Part shown: positions 8,739-18,038 of the stretch, piece after piece
How positions within the stretch are numbered: the stretch's first letter is position 1
Layout: every line of letters begins with the position of its first letter
Source of the DNA: Candidatus Obscuribacter sp.
GTDB lineage: Bacteria; Cyanobacteriota; Vampirovibrionia; Obscuribacterales; Obscuribacteraceae
Reading direction: 5' to 3'
DNA: 64,000 nt
NCBI GenBank assembly: GCA_021772095.1
Contig: JADYXR010000001.1
Coordinates: forward strand, 10,786 to 74,785
Position numbers and translations under genes: made by a program
Notes under the pieces: generated by a model
What the model was told of the DNA's origin: nothing
The model's input: the letters and a program-made list of their open reading frames with translations, nothing else
Databases searched by the model: none

Positions 8739-9884
8739 TTGACCACAGCGCGCAATCTGAAAGACCTGCCAGTCAGTCCGAACGTACCGGCAAACGCTCG
8801 TTCCCTCTGCATTGCCGTCATCGTTTCGCTCTTTTCGCTGGCGTTGGCTCATTGGTTAGCGCCACTCGAGGATGTAGTTTTGCAGCAGATCACCCCTGCA
8901 CTGGCAGATCTCGGTTTAAAACTGCCCGGCACTGAAGCAAAGTCCGGTCAATTTTCCAGCTTTGTTCAGTTTTTGATTTTGTTTGGAACGGCAGTGGCCG
9001 CAGCAGAGAGCGGTCTGAGACTGAAGTCGCTTGCAAAACTGATCGCGCCCGCCTTGATCCTGTTCTTAGGCTCTTGCTTCGTTCAAACCGCCCTGTTTGT
9101 CGCGTTCAGTATCACACCATTGTTTGCCACCACGATCGTTGTCACCATTCTTGGCGCAGCGGGCGGACTCCTGGTGGAACAATATCTGCAAAAACAAAAG
9201 CTGATGGAGAGCAAAACCTACGAGTTGTTTTTGCGCAATGAAGAACTCGGCAAAGCGCGCCTCGATCTCGTCCGGCAAGACGAGACAGCAAGACGCGTTC
9301 TGGCTGCCGATCTCCATGACCAGGTTTTAAACGACCTCAAAAAAATCATGGAGACGTTTAACAAATTCGAAAAAGATCCAAACGATCGAGAGGCTAGCGG
9401 AGCCATCCGTGCAGGTTTCAACAAGACCTTGACCGACATCCGCGAAATCATGGATGACCTTTGCCCAATCATGCTGCAGAACTTCGGCATGCGAGCAGCG
9501 GTCGAAGACTGCCTTGAGAAGGGTAAGGAGCGATCCGGTTTTGACATCAAATTCGACTGCACGGTAGATGACGAAGTGCTCGAAAAATTGACGGAAGTTG
9601 AACAAGCGCTGCTATTTCGTTTAGCGCAAGAGTCGATTACAAACATTTCCAAACACGCAAAAGCTCGCAACGTAGCCATTCTCATCGAGCGCAATAAAGA
9701 CAATTTGAATATTTCGATCGAAGATGACGGTGTCGGTATCGATTACAAAACGGTATCGCACCAGTCGCGCGGTTTGAGTTACATGAAACTGCGCGCCGAT
9801 TTAATAGACGCGGCGGTCGAGTGGAAACCCGGTCGTGAAGGCAAGGGAACGAAGGTAGTGATTATTTTTCCACTGCCGGTTTAA
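8739..9884 (+). CDS. Membrane sensor histidine kinase (HisKA_3/NarX type)
   Basis: About four TM helices; H-box RRVLAADLHD, N-box QESITNISKHA, G1 box IEDDGVG, GTKV. Confidence 0.9.
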   Translation: MTTARNLKDLPVSPNVPANARSLCIAVIVSLFSLALAHWLAPLEDVVLQQITPALADLGLKLPGTEAKSGQFSSFVQFLILFGTAVAAAESGLRLKSLAKLIAPALILFLGSCFVQTALFVAFSITPLFATTIVVTILGAAGGLLVEQYLQKQKLMESKTYELFLRNEELGKARLDLVRQDETARRVLAADLHDQVLNDLKKIMETFNKFEKDPNDREASGAIRAGFNKTLTDIREIMDDLCPIMLQNFGMRAAVEDCLEKGKERSGFDIKFDCTVDDEVLEKLTEVEQALLFRLAQESITNISKHAKARNVAILIERNKDNLNISIEDDGVGIDYKTVSHQSRGLSYMKLRADLIDAAVEWKPGREGKGTKVVIIFPLPV

Positions 9885-9921
9885 ACAACACGGCGGGCGA
9901 AAATCACTGGTCTAGAGCTTA

Positions 9922-11019
9922 CTATTTAAGAGCGCCTTTCAAGGCTTCGGTGATCGACCTGGTGTAGTCGGGTTTTAAAATACCGGCTTCTGTGATGATC
10001 GCTGTAATCAGCTTGGCCGGCGTCACATCGAATGCCGGGTTGTAAGCGCGGGCACCGCCTACGGTGATCGATGCATCGTTTATCATTGTCACTTCCGATT
10101 CATTTCGATGTTCGATCGGAATCAGATCTCCGCTAGCAAGGGCACCATCTACGGTGGACAAAGGTGCTGCGATGTAAAACGGGATGTTGTGATAATGCGC
10201 AAGAACAGCCAGGTTATATGTTCCAATTTTGTTGGCAGTGTCGCCGTTCACGGCGATGCGATCGGCGCCTGTGATCACCAGATCGACCTTGCCCGTCGCC
10301 ATCAAATGACCAGCCATGTTATCGCAAACGAGCGTAGCGGGAATCTGATCTTCTTTCAATTCCCACATCGTGAGCTTGGCGCCCTGGTGGCGTGGTCTGG
10401 TTTCATCCACGAAAACTTCCGGCTTCAGCCCTTTTATGTGAGCTGAGCGGATTACGCCAAGTGCAGTTCCCCAGCCGCATGTAGCCAGCGATCCGGCGTT
10501 GCAGTGAGTGAGAACACGGGCTTCGTTTTTAAACAATTCTGCGCCAAGGTCACTGAGAGTTTTATTGACGGCAATGTGATGCTCCATCACTTTGTACGCT
10601 TCCTCTTTCAAATAAAGCGCAACTTCCACGGTCGTCTTTTTCTCGTGGAAACCGCGGGTGGCGCGGTCGATAATAAGATCCACGGACCATGCGAGGTTAA
10701 CGGCAGTCGGCCTGGTCGCCTTCAGTTCCCAACCTTTCACTGCCAGAGCAGCGAGGAAAGTCTTCTCGTCGGTTATTTTCGACGCCAGAAGAACAGCTTC
10801 CCAGGCTAGCGAGAAAGCAGCAGCGACGCCAATCGACGGAGCCCCTCGAACGACCAGGTTTTTAATGGCAATCAACATGTCATCAAATGCGGTGGCATTG
10901 AAATATTCTACTGACTCAGGCAATTTAGTCTGGTCGATCAACAGGATTTGGTCACCTTCGCCGATCAAGACCGGCATTGTGCCGAGTCCGATTTCTGAAA
11001 TTGTCGAATTAGATGTCAT
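9922..11019 (-). CDS. mtnA: S-methyl-5-thioribose-1-phosphate isomerase
   Basis: DQTKLP, VRGAPSIG, TRPTAVNL, LTHCNAGSLAT, DETRP, GADRI..NGDTANKIGTY, NPAFDVTP. Confidence 0.95.
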   Translation of the reverse strand: MTSNSTISEIGLGTMPVLIGEGDQILLIDQTKLPESVEYFNATAFDDMLIAIKNLVVRGAPSIGVAAAFSLAWEAVLLASKITDEKTFLAALAVKGWELKATRPTAVNLAWSVDLIIDRATRGFHEKKTTVEVALYLKEEAYKVMEHHIAVNKTLSDLGAELFKNEARVLTHCNAGSLATCGWGTALGVIRSAHIKGLKPEVFVDETRPRHQGAKLTMWELKEDQIPATLVCDNMAGHLMATGKVDLVITGADRIAVNGDTANKIGTYNLAVLAHYHNIPFYIAAPLSTVDGALASGDLIPIEHRNESEVTMINDASITVGGARAYNPAFDVTPAKLITAIITEAGILKPDYTRSITEALKGALK

Positions 11020-11060
11020 CTACATGTCCTTATCGCGATATCAGTTTCGAAACAGAGCAG

Positions 11061-11099
11061 AAAACAAAAGAGACGGCGAACTATTCAGAATGCCGTCTC
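11061..11099 (-). terminator. Intrinsic terminator after ftsZ
   Basis: Minus-strand GAGACGGC/GCCGTCTC stem followed by TTTTGTTTT. Confidence 0.7.
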
Positions 11100-11123
11100 C
11101 TTCAATTTTATTAGATCAACGAC

Positions 11124-12314
11124 CTACTTCTTTTCAGTAGGAGTTCTCGCTCTCAAGAATTCTGGGATGTCCAGAATGTCGGAGGCGATTTTCTTCATTT
11201 CTTCGTTGGCTTGTTGTGGTCTTGCCGGTTCCGCAAATGCTGCTTGCGGTTGAACTTGTTGCACCGGATGCTGATATACACCGGATTGAGTAGGCGAAGC
11301 TTCACGGGCTCTCGGTTGCATTTGTGGAATGCCATTAGCTCCCTGAATCGCCATGTCAAAACCCGTTGCTATTACCGTGATCAACACTTCGCCGTGGAGG
11401 CGATCGTCGAGCACCGCACCGAAGATGATGTTGGCGTCTTCGGAAACTGACTGATAGACAACGTTTGCAGCTTCTTGAACTTCGTGCAGTGTCAGGTCCG
11501 GTCCGCCAGTGACGGTGAAGATGACGCCGGAGGCACCAGTGATGGTGGTCTCGAGAAGTGGGCTGTTGATTGCGCTTCTGGCTGCTTCAACCGCTCTGCC
11601 TTCTCCGGATGCGCGTCCTACGCCCATGAGGGCGGAACCGGCTGTTTGCATAACGGCCTTCACATCGGCGAAGTCTACGTTGATTAGACCAGGAACGGTA
11701 ATGATGTCGGAAATACCCTGGACACCTTGCATCAATACTTTGTCGGCTTCTACGAAAGCTTCTTGCATCGATGCTCTGTGGTCCACGATTTCGATCAAAC
11801 GCTGGTTAGGAATCACAATCAAGGTGTCAACCTTGCTGCGGATTTCATTGATACCAGCTTCGGCTTGATTGGCGCGTCTGCGACCTTCAAAGAAAAATGG
11901 TCTGGAGACAACACCGACGGTCAGTGCGCCCAGTTCTTTCGCTACTTCGGCAACGATTGGAGCGGCACCAGTTCCGGTACCACCACCCATGCCGGCGGCG
12001 ATGAAGACCATGTCGGAGCCTTGAATCGCAGCTGCGATTTCTTCACGGCTCTCTTCAGCGGCTTTGGTGCCGACTTGTGGGTTTCCACCCGCTCCGAGTC
12101 CACGGGTCAGCTTCGCGCCGATTTGCAATCTGTTTTTAGCAGCTGCCAATTCCAGTGCTTGGGCATCCGTATTACAGGCCCAAAATTCGACACCATTGAG
12201 TCCGGTGGCAATCATGCGATTAACCGCATTAGAACCGGCTCCGCCAACTCCGACGACTTTGATTTTCGCCTTGAGTTCAAATTCCCTAACTTTTATATCC
12301 GCTTGCTCAGGCAC
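11124..12314 (-). CDS. ftsZ: Cell division protein FtsZ
   Basis: [26 protein letters not shown] tubulin signature, INVDFADV, C-terminal LDIPEFLR. Confidence 0.99.
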   Translation of the reverse strand: MPEQADIKVREFELKAKIKVVGVGGAGSNAVNRMIATGLNGVEFWACNTDAQALELAAAKNRLQIGAKLTRGLGAGGNPQVGTKAAEESREEIAAAIQGSDMVFIAAGMGGGTGTGAAPIVAEVAKELGALTVGVVSRPFFFEGRRRANQAEAGINEIRSKVDTLIVIPNQRLIEIVDHRASMQEAFVEADKVLMQGVQGISDIITVPGLINVDFADVKAVMQTAGSALMGVGRASGEGRAVEAARSAINSPLLETTITGASGVIFTVTGGPDLTLHEVQEAANVVYQSVSEDANIIFGAVLDDRLHGEVLITVIATGFDMAIQGANGIPQMQPRAREASPTQSGVYQHPVQQVQPQAAFAEPARPQQANEEMKKIASDILDIPEFLRARTPTEKK

Positions 12315-12581
12315 GGTATGTAACCTCTTAGATCAGTCGCAATTTTTTTTTGATGGACATGACTGACGTCGCCTCGGCTGTTGCGCTCGGGCTCTCGTGT
12401 ATATGTCCTGATTTGAAAATGGTATGACCTTATACTTCTATTTGCAAGTTGGAACGCTGGTTATATAGTTAACCTTTTCGAAAACCAACCCTGATTCGAA
12501 ATGGTTGCCAGTAGGTCCGGGACACGATCTTGGGCTACCCCAAAATTCCGAAATCCCGGGCCCGGTTTGTAAATTAAAACC

Positions 12582-13466
12582 TTATTTGCTTTTGCTTGCA
12601 GTCTTGCTTGCAGCCGCTTTTATCTTTTCCAGCGTCATTTGGTACGATTTGTTGTCAGGCTTGATGTCCACTGCCTTTTGGGCAAAACCAATGGCAACTT
12701 TGAATTCGCCGTCGGCCGCTTTTATACCTGCTAGATATCTGTAAGCATCAGCATTCCGGGGGTCCACCCTTACACATTTCTCAAGTAAGGGAATCGCTTC
12801 AGCTTTGCGGTCGAGGTTGACGTAAGCCGTACCGAGGTAATAGAGCGAGTCTCCATCATCCGGCTTGATTGACAACGCTTTTTTCTCTTCCTCGATTTGT
12901 CCTTTGATATCACCCTTCAAACCAAGCGCAGCGCCCAATTCGCGATGAGATTCGTAGTGATTGTTGTCGAGTTTGAGAGCCTGGCGATACGAGACGATCG
13001 CTTTCTCCATATTTTTTTGACGAACGTAAAGATTGCCAATCTTGTAATGAATGTCCGCACTATTAGGATTGCAGAGTGAAGCATCCTGCAAAGCTTGCAA
13101 GGCACCGGCATCATCACCTTTACGAACCAGAGCGCGCGAAACGCCGATATAAGCGTCAGAACTATCGGGTGTCAGCTTGATCACTTCTTTGAAAGATTTG
13201 ATCGCGTTATCGAAATCGCCGGACATATGGTACGCATTCGCTAGTGCCAGATGGTTCTTCGGATTCTTAGGATTCATTCCGACAGCGGCCTTATATCGAA
13301 CGATAGTGTTTTGAATATCTTCCTTGTCCTGCGTAGTGATATCACCAGCAATGGCGTTACCCGATACGGTAAACAAACCGAGCGCCAGTGCGAGTGCTAT
13401 CGGAAGGGACGTATAGCTGTTCTTCATCGTTTTTCTTCCCATATCAATTGCGTTGCGCGGATTCAT
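12582..13466 (-). CDS. Secreted TPR-repeat protein (start likely 13427)
   Basis: Signal peptide and repeated 34-aa TPR units (e.g. ADIHYKIGNLYVRQKNMEKAIVSYRQALKLD). Confidence 0.9.
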   Translation of the reverse strand: MNPRNAIDMGRKTMKNSYTSLPIALALALGLFTVSGNAIAGDITTQDKEDIQNTIVRYKAAVGMNPKNPKNHLALANAYHMSGDFDNAIKSFKEVIKLTPDSSDAYIGVSRALVRKGDDAGALQALQDASLCNPNSADIHYKIGNLYVRQKNMEKAIVSYRQALKLDNNHYESHRELGAALGLKGDIKGQIEEEKKALSIKPDDGDSLYYLGTAYVNLDRKAEAIPLLEKCVRVDPRNADAYRYLAGIKAADGEFKVAIGFAQKAVDIKPDNKSYQMTLEKIKAAASKTASKSK

Positions 13467-13573
13467 TTTTTATGTACCTCATCATTATCCTAGGATTGTC
13501 TGTGCAGCAAGCTGCTCGACTTATGTTGTTGCGAATTTTAGCAAGTATATCTCTGCGATATCGGAAAGAAATC

Positions 13574-14515
13574 TCACTGAGAAGCGTGTAACTGCTGCGA
13601 CGCGGCCACGGCTCTCGATGCCTGGAGCAGCTTAACCAGCGCCGCTCGGGATGCGCTGTCGCGCGGGTTGATTTGGATGGCGCGCTTGTAGGCTTCTACA
13701 GCGCGACCTTTTTCTTCCAACTTTTCGTAAACATCGCCGAGCGATAAAAAGGCGTAGTGATTTTCCGGAGCGATGGCAACCGCCTTGAGGCAGCATTTAA
13801 GCGCTTCCTGATTATCACCGTTGAGCATACTCGCGTTAGCCAATCCGAGATATGCCATGACATGTTTTGGATCTATTGCGACTACACGATCGAAATATTT
13901 CCTGGCGGCAACGCCGTCACCTTTTCGCAAATAAGATGCGCCCAGGTTATAGAGCACCACGGTGTCATACGAATTCGTTTTCAGTATCAATTTAAACTGT
14001 TCGATTGCAGCATCAACGAAACCTAAATGCTGGAGACACAAAGCATAGTTGCCGCGCACCGACGTGTCGTTGGGTGAAAGGTCGACGATTTGTTTAAGCT
14101 GCCCACCGGCTTCGTCGTAGTTTCCTTGCTTCATAAGAATAGAAGCGATTTCAGCACGCGCACCTAAATTGGCTTCCGGATGATCGGCATTCAATATTAG
14201 TGATTGAAAAAGCTCTTTCAGTGCTTCGTTGTTGCTGCCGAGCCGAGCCAGTGCGCGCCCGTACTTCAAATGCGCTTCAGCGCTGCCGGGTTCTGCCACC
14301 ACGGCTTGCTGATAGAAATTCACAGAACCGTGATAAGCACCGGTACTGTAGAGCTGATCGCCGCGCGCGACCATCTTTTTGCATTCGCGTTCTGACGCTT
14401 TTGGTATGACCGAAGCAAGTCCGGGCAAAGGGAGCGCGAGCAAACAGGCGTATAAAACGACGGCTCGGCTAGAGGAGGACCTGAGGGCTTTGAATAAACT
14501 TATTGATTTGCTCAC
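13574..14515 (-). CDS. Secreted TPR-repeat protein
   Basis: Signal peptide and multiple TPRs (e.g. AFLSLGDVYEKLEEKGRAVEAYKRAIQINP). Confidence 0.9.
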   Translation of the reverse strand: MSKSISLFKALRSSSSRAVVLYACLLALPLPGLASVIPKASERECKKMVARGDQLYSTGAYHGSVNFYQQAVVAEPGSAEAHLKYGRALARLGSNNEALKELFQSLILNADHPEANLGARAEIASILMKQGNYDEAGGQLKQIVDLSPNDTSVRGNYALCLQHLGFVDAAIEQFKLILKTNSYDTVVLYNLGASYLRKGDGVAARKYFDRVVAIDPKHVMAYLGLANASMLNGDNQEALKCCLKAVAIAPENHYAFLSLGDVYEKLEEKGRAVEAYKRAIQINPRDSASRAALVKLLQASRAVAASQQLHASQ

Positions 14516-14612
14516 TCCTACATTATAGGAAAGTCGCTGGCGTTGCGCCGTGCTAGATGAGTGCCAAGTAATCAGACTCGATAAAATAATTTGCTGAAAC
14601 CTGATTTCAATC

Positions 14613-15983
14613 TTGAAAACGCAATTGGCTCAAGCATGGTTTAAACTTAGCTCAGAAAGGCGGTATCTGTACCATATGAACTTTTTCGGCATCGGACTCG
14701 ACTATTCATTTATCGATTTCACGCAGCATCCTCAGGCGTTTATCATTAAGTTCGCGTTTCCTATAATCTTTTACGCGTTCCACGGATATGCAGCAACCTG
14801 GCTTGCTGTGCGGATGCTGTTCCGTCCTTACCAGGCGCACTACTGGCCGTTTACTAAGATTCAAATTCCTTTGACACCAGGAATTTTTCCGAAGCGTCAG
14901 TCGAAACTCGCTCAGGCTGTGGCGACTACGATCACCGACACGCTGTTGACGCCTGCCGACATCAAGGCGCGCGCAGAAGAACTCGTCAATGAAGAAAATA
15001 TTTTCAAGTCAGTCGATCTTTTTGTCGACAACGTTTTTCTCAAAGAGTTTCGCGATACCACCAAACTGCATCGTCTTGCCAATGACATTGCAACGCTGAG
15101 TCCGACACTATTGCGACAGTTTGTTGATTCGACCATCACGTCACTGGAACAGGGCAAGGATACAAAGATTGCCTCTATCACCGAGAAAATATTCGAACAA
15201 ATTTTGATGGGCTCGCGCATCACTTTCGATCAAGCAAACGAAATCGCACAGCGCATCATGGAAAATTTTCTTACGCCTGAGAAAATTCGCAACGGATTGA
15301 TTATTCTCTTGAGTCCGCAAAACATCAATGCGCTGGAAGAGTCGATCAATGTCCATGCCAGCGGTCCATATCGCATACTGGCGCGGATTATCGGAGTCAA
15401 AAGAGTATGCACTGAGTGGCGTACTTTTCTTGAAAAGGAACCCAACGAAGCGCTAAAAATGATTGGCGATCTGACAAAACGTTTTGGTATCAAACATCAA
15501 ATAGCCATTCAGATAGCCAACTTCGATCTGCGCGCCATGCCGATCGACAACATCGCCAGCTTGAAAAAGAACGTCGTCAAATTTGTAGAAACTTTTTTGG
15601 TAGAACACAAAGCGGACATATTAGAAGCCTGCAGGAAGCTCGAAGACGAAGCAATGGCAACCGTTCGCAATGCCGTTTTGCGATTCAACCCGGAAACAAT
15701 TCCGCCCGAATGGCTGCTCAATGTGAAGCGCAATATCGCCAGTTTCGCTTATTCGTATTTGAAACGAGAACTTGGAACCATGGTTGAACACGCCATCCCA
15801 TCTCTGGGTGTGCATGCGTTGATCGCCAGAAAAATAGATTTGTTCGCGCCTCAACAACTCGAGATGTTGGTTTATCGAATCTGCCAAAACGAACTGCATG
15901 CTCTTGAGCTTTTCGGTCTTGTAATCGGAGCGGCGATGGGTACCATACAGATTATCCTGAACGGCTTCACCTACTTGCATTAG
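14613..15983 (+). CDS. DUF445-family membrane protein (start likely 14676)
   Basis: GYAATWLAVRMLFRPY...TPGIFPKRQSKLAQAV at the N-terminus; ELHALELFGLVIGAAMGTIQ at the C-terminus. Confidence 0.85.
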   Translation: MKTQLAQAWFKLSSERRYLYHMNFFGIGLDYSFIDFTQHPQAFIIKFAFPIIFYAFHGYAATWLAVRMLFRPYQAHYWPFTKIQIPLTPGIFPKRQSKLAQAVATTITDTLLTPADIKARAEELVNEENIFKSVDLFVDNVFLKEFRDTTKLHRLANDIATLSPTLLRQFVDSTITSLEQGKDTKIASITEKIFEQILMGSRITFDQANEIAQRIMENFLTPEKIRNGLIILLSPQNINALEESINVHASGPYRILARIIGVKRVCTEWRTFLEKEPNEALKMIGDLTKRFGIKHQIAIQIANFDLRAMPIDNIASLKKNVVKFVETFLVEHKADILEACRKLEDEAMATVRNAVLRFNPETIPPEWLLNVKRNIASFAYSYLKRELGTMVEHAIPSLGVHALIARKIDLFAPQQLEMLVYRICQNELHALELFGLVIGAAMGTIQIILNGFTYLH

Positions 15984-16139
15984 ACCGGGCACCACTCCAG
16001 ATTGATCCAGTCAAGGAAGGGGAACATGTTGATTGTGTCTATTGCGTATCGTTGTCAAGCGGCGAGCGTTTTGGCAACCGGAGTCCGTCCGCGAATCCCA
16101 GTCATCGGACGAAAAGGCTAGTAAATTAAAACAGCGCAA

Positions 16140-18023
16140 ATGCTGACCAAAGATACTCGACGGTTTGTTTCCCGGGGATTTATTCGATCCCTGTCAGGCA
16201 CTGTTGCCCGGAAATCCGACACCGGCGAGCTGGTTACTTATCAGATCCTCATTCCTCAAGACAAGCTCGATCTTCTCGTCGGCATCACCCTGGAAGACCG
16301 ATATTATGTGATGTCCTTGCTCGGTAAAGGCGGAATGAGTCTCGTCTACAAAGCCAAGGATATGAAGACTGGAGAAATCGTCGCGGTGAAGTGCTTGCGA
16401 ACGCAAGTGCTCGGCGATGAGATGGTCGTCAAACGATTCAAGCGCGAAGCCGATGTCCTCGATCGCCTCAACCATCCACGCATCGTCAACTTTTACGGAT
16501 ACGGTACGAATCGGCGCGGGCAGCCGTACTTCGTCATGGATTATTTGATCGGCACCAGCCTTGGTGAGATTCTGCGCACCGAAGGTCGGCTAGAACTGGG
16601 GCGCTTTCAGGACATCTTCGTTCAGGTCGCCGCGGCGATTGGCCACGCTCACAAACACGATGCCGTGCACCGCGACATAAAACCGGGCAACATCATGCTG
16701 GTGGAGCGCGGCGGGACTTCCGACTATGTGAAGATCGTCGACTTCGGAATCGCGAAAGTAACTGAAGGAACGCAAAAACTCACGCGTGTCGGCGAGGTCT
16801 GGGGCAGTCCAATCTACATGAGTCCCGAGCAGTGTGTTGGCGGCGGCATCGATTCACGCACCGACATTTATTCGCTTGGCGTGGTGATGTACGAGGCGCT
16901 CACAGGTGAGGTTCCATTCCTCGGCAGAAATTATGCAGACACGATGATGAAGCAAATTTCCGAAGAGCCACCGACGTTCAAACAAGCAAATCCCAAAATC
17001 GAAATTCCAGCGGAACTGGAGGCGATCGTGTTTCGCGCGATGCAGAAGAAGCCCGAAGCTCGCTATCAAACAATGATGGAAGTGAAACGAGATCTCGAAA
17101 AAGCGCTCAACAACAGCGTCGAGATATTGCCGAAGCCGCAACCATCTCTATTGAGCGTGTCCGGAAAGCATCAAATTACAGATGTGGTACCCGACTACGA
17201 AATCGACAGCAGAAGAGTGACATCAGATCAACTCAGCAACAATGTGAAAATCGAAAAGCCAGCATCTGAGTTACAACAACGAGTTACGTCTGAAGATGTT
17301 CCTCGCTTCGGCTCTCAAGAACGGCTTAACCAGACGACCTTGAAGTCTGGTCCGCCCGCGGCAGAAAGCACGATACCGCCGGTGGCAAAACCGGCGGATA
17401 TGAAACCGGCTCGCGCACAGGCACCAACTCCGGTGCCCGATCTGGATTTTGCTCCGCCAGAAGATAAGCGAACAAAATTTGAACTCACCGGTCCGCATAT
17501 TATATCGGCAAGCACTGACTCTGTTGCAAAACCGGCATCACGCTCGAGTCCGCGCGCAAGCGGGCAGAATCTTGCGCAGAGTCGTCCCGGCGAAATTACC
17601 AACGATCGACAACGCATTGGTGGCGAAGGACGAAAGAAAACCACGTCATCAATGAGAACTCCTCGAAAGAATGCAAGAACAAGTCGCAATCGCCTGCCAG
17701 CCGGAGTGGCGGACAAGCTCGAAAAAGACACCGCCCGCAGTGGCAAGTACAAACCGGCTATCGCGAAAGAAGGCGGCGGCGTCATTAAACAGCTGCTCAT
17801 CGCCCTTCTCATTTTTGCGGCGGTAATCGTCGGCTACGCTAATCGCGACTATTTCGATTCGTTCGTGAAAGAAGTGTTCACTTTTCCTGGCACACAAACG
17901 AGTCCAGGCGACACTAGCAGTACTGGCGCTCAATCGACCGATCAAAAAATCGAATCGTCGGGAAGTACTGATGCCGAACCAACTTCAACTGAACCAAGCA
18001 GCACTGACTTAACCGACCCGTAA
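16140..18023 (+). CDS. Membrane-anchored Hanks-type Ser/Thr protein kinase
   Basis: LGKGGMSLV, VAVK, HRDIKPGN, DFG, GSPIYMSPE; long disordered linker and a single C-terminal TM helix. Confidence 0.95.
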   Translation: MLTKDTRRFVSRGFIRSLSGTVARKSDTGELVTYQILIPQDKLDLLVGITLEDRYYVMSLLGKGGMSLVYKAKDMKTGEIVAVKCLRTQVLGDEMVVKRFKREADVLDRLNHPRIVNFYGYGTNRRGQPYFVMDYLIGTSLGEILRTEGRLELGRFQDIFVQVAAAIGHAHKHDAVHRDIKPGNIMLVERGGTSDYVKIVDFGIAKVTEGTQKLTRVGEVWGSPIYMSPEQCVGGGIDSRTDIYSLGVVMYEALTGEVPFLGRNYADTMMKQISEEPPTFKQANPKIEIPAELEAIVFRAMQKKPEARYQTMMEVKRDLEKALNNSVEILPKPQPSLLSVSGKHQITDVVPDYEIDSRRVTSDQLSNNVKIEKPASELQQRVTSEDVPRFGSQERLNQTTLKSGPPAAESTIPPVAKPADMKPARAQAPTPVPDLDFAPPEDKRTKFELTGPHIISASTDSVAKPASRSSPRASGQNLAQSRPGEITNDRQRIGGEGRKKTTSSMRTPRKNARTSRNRLPAGVADKLEKDTARSGKYKPAIAKEGGGVIKQLLIALLIFAAVIVGYANRDYFDSFVKEVFTFPGTQTSPGDTSSTGAQSTDQKIESSGSTDAEPTSTEPSSTDLTDP

Positions 18024-18038
18024 TTGAACGGCGTCGGC

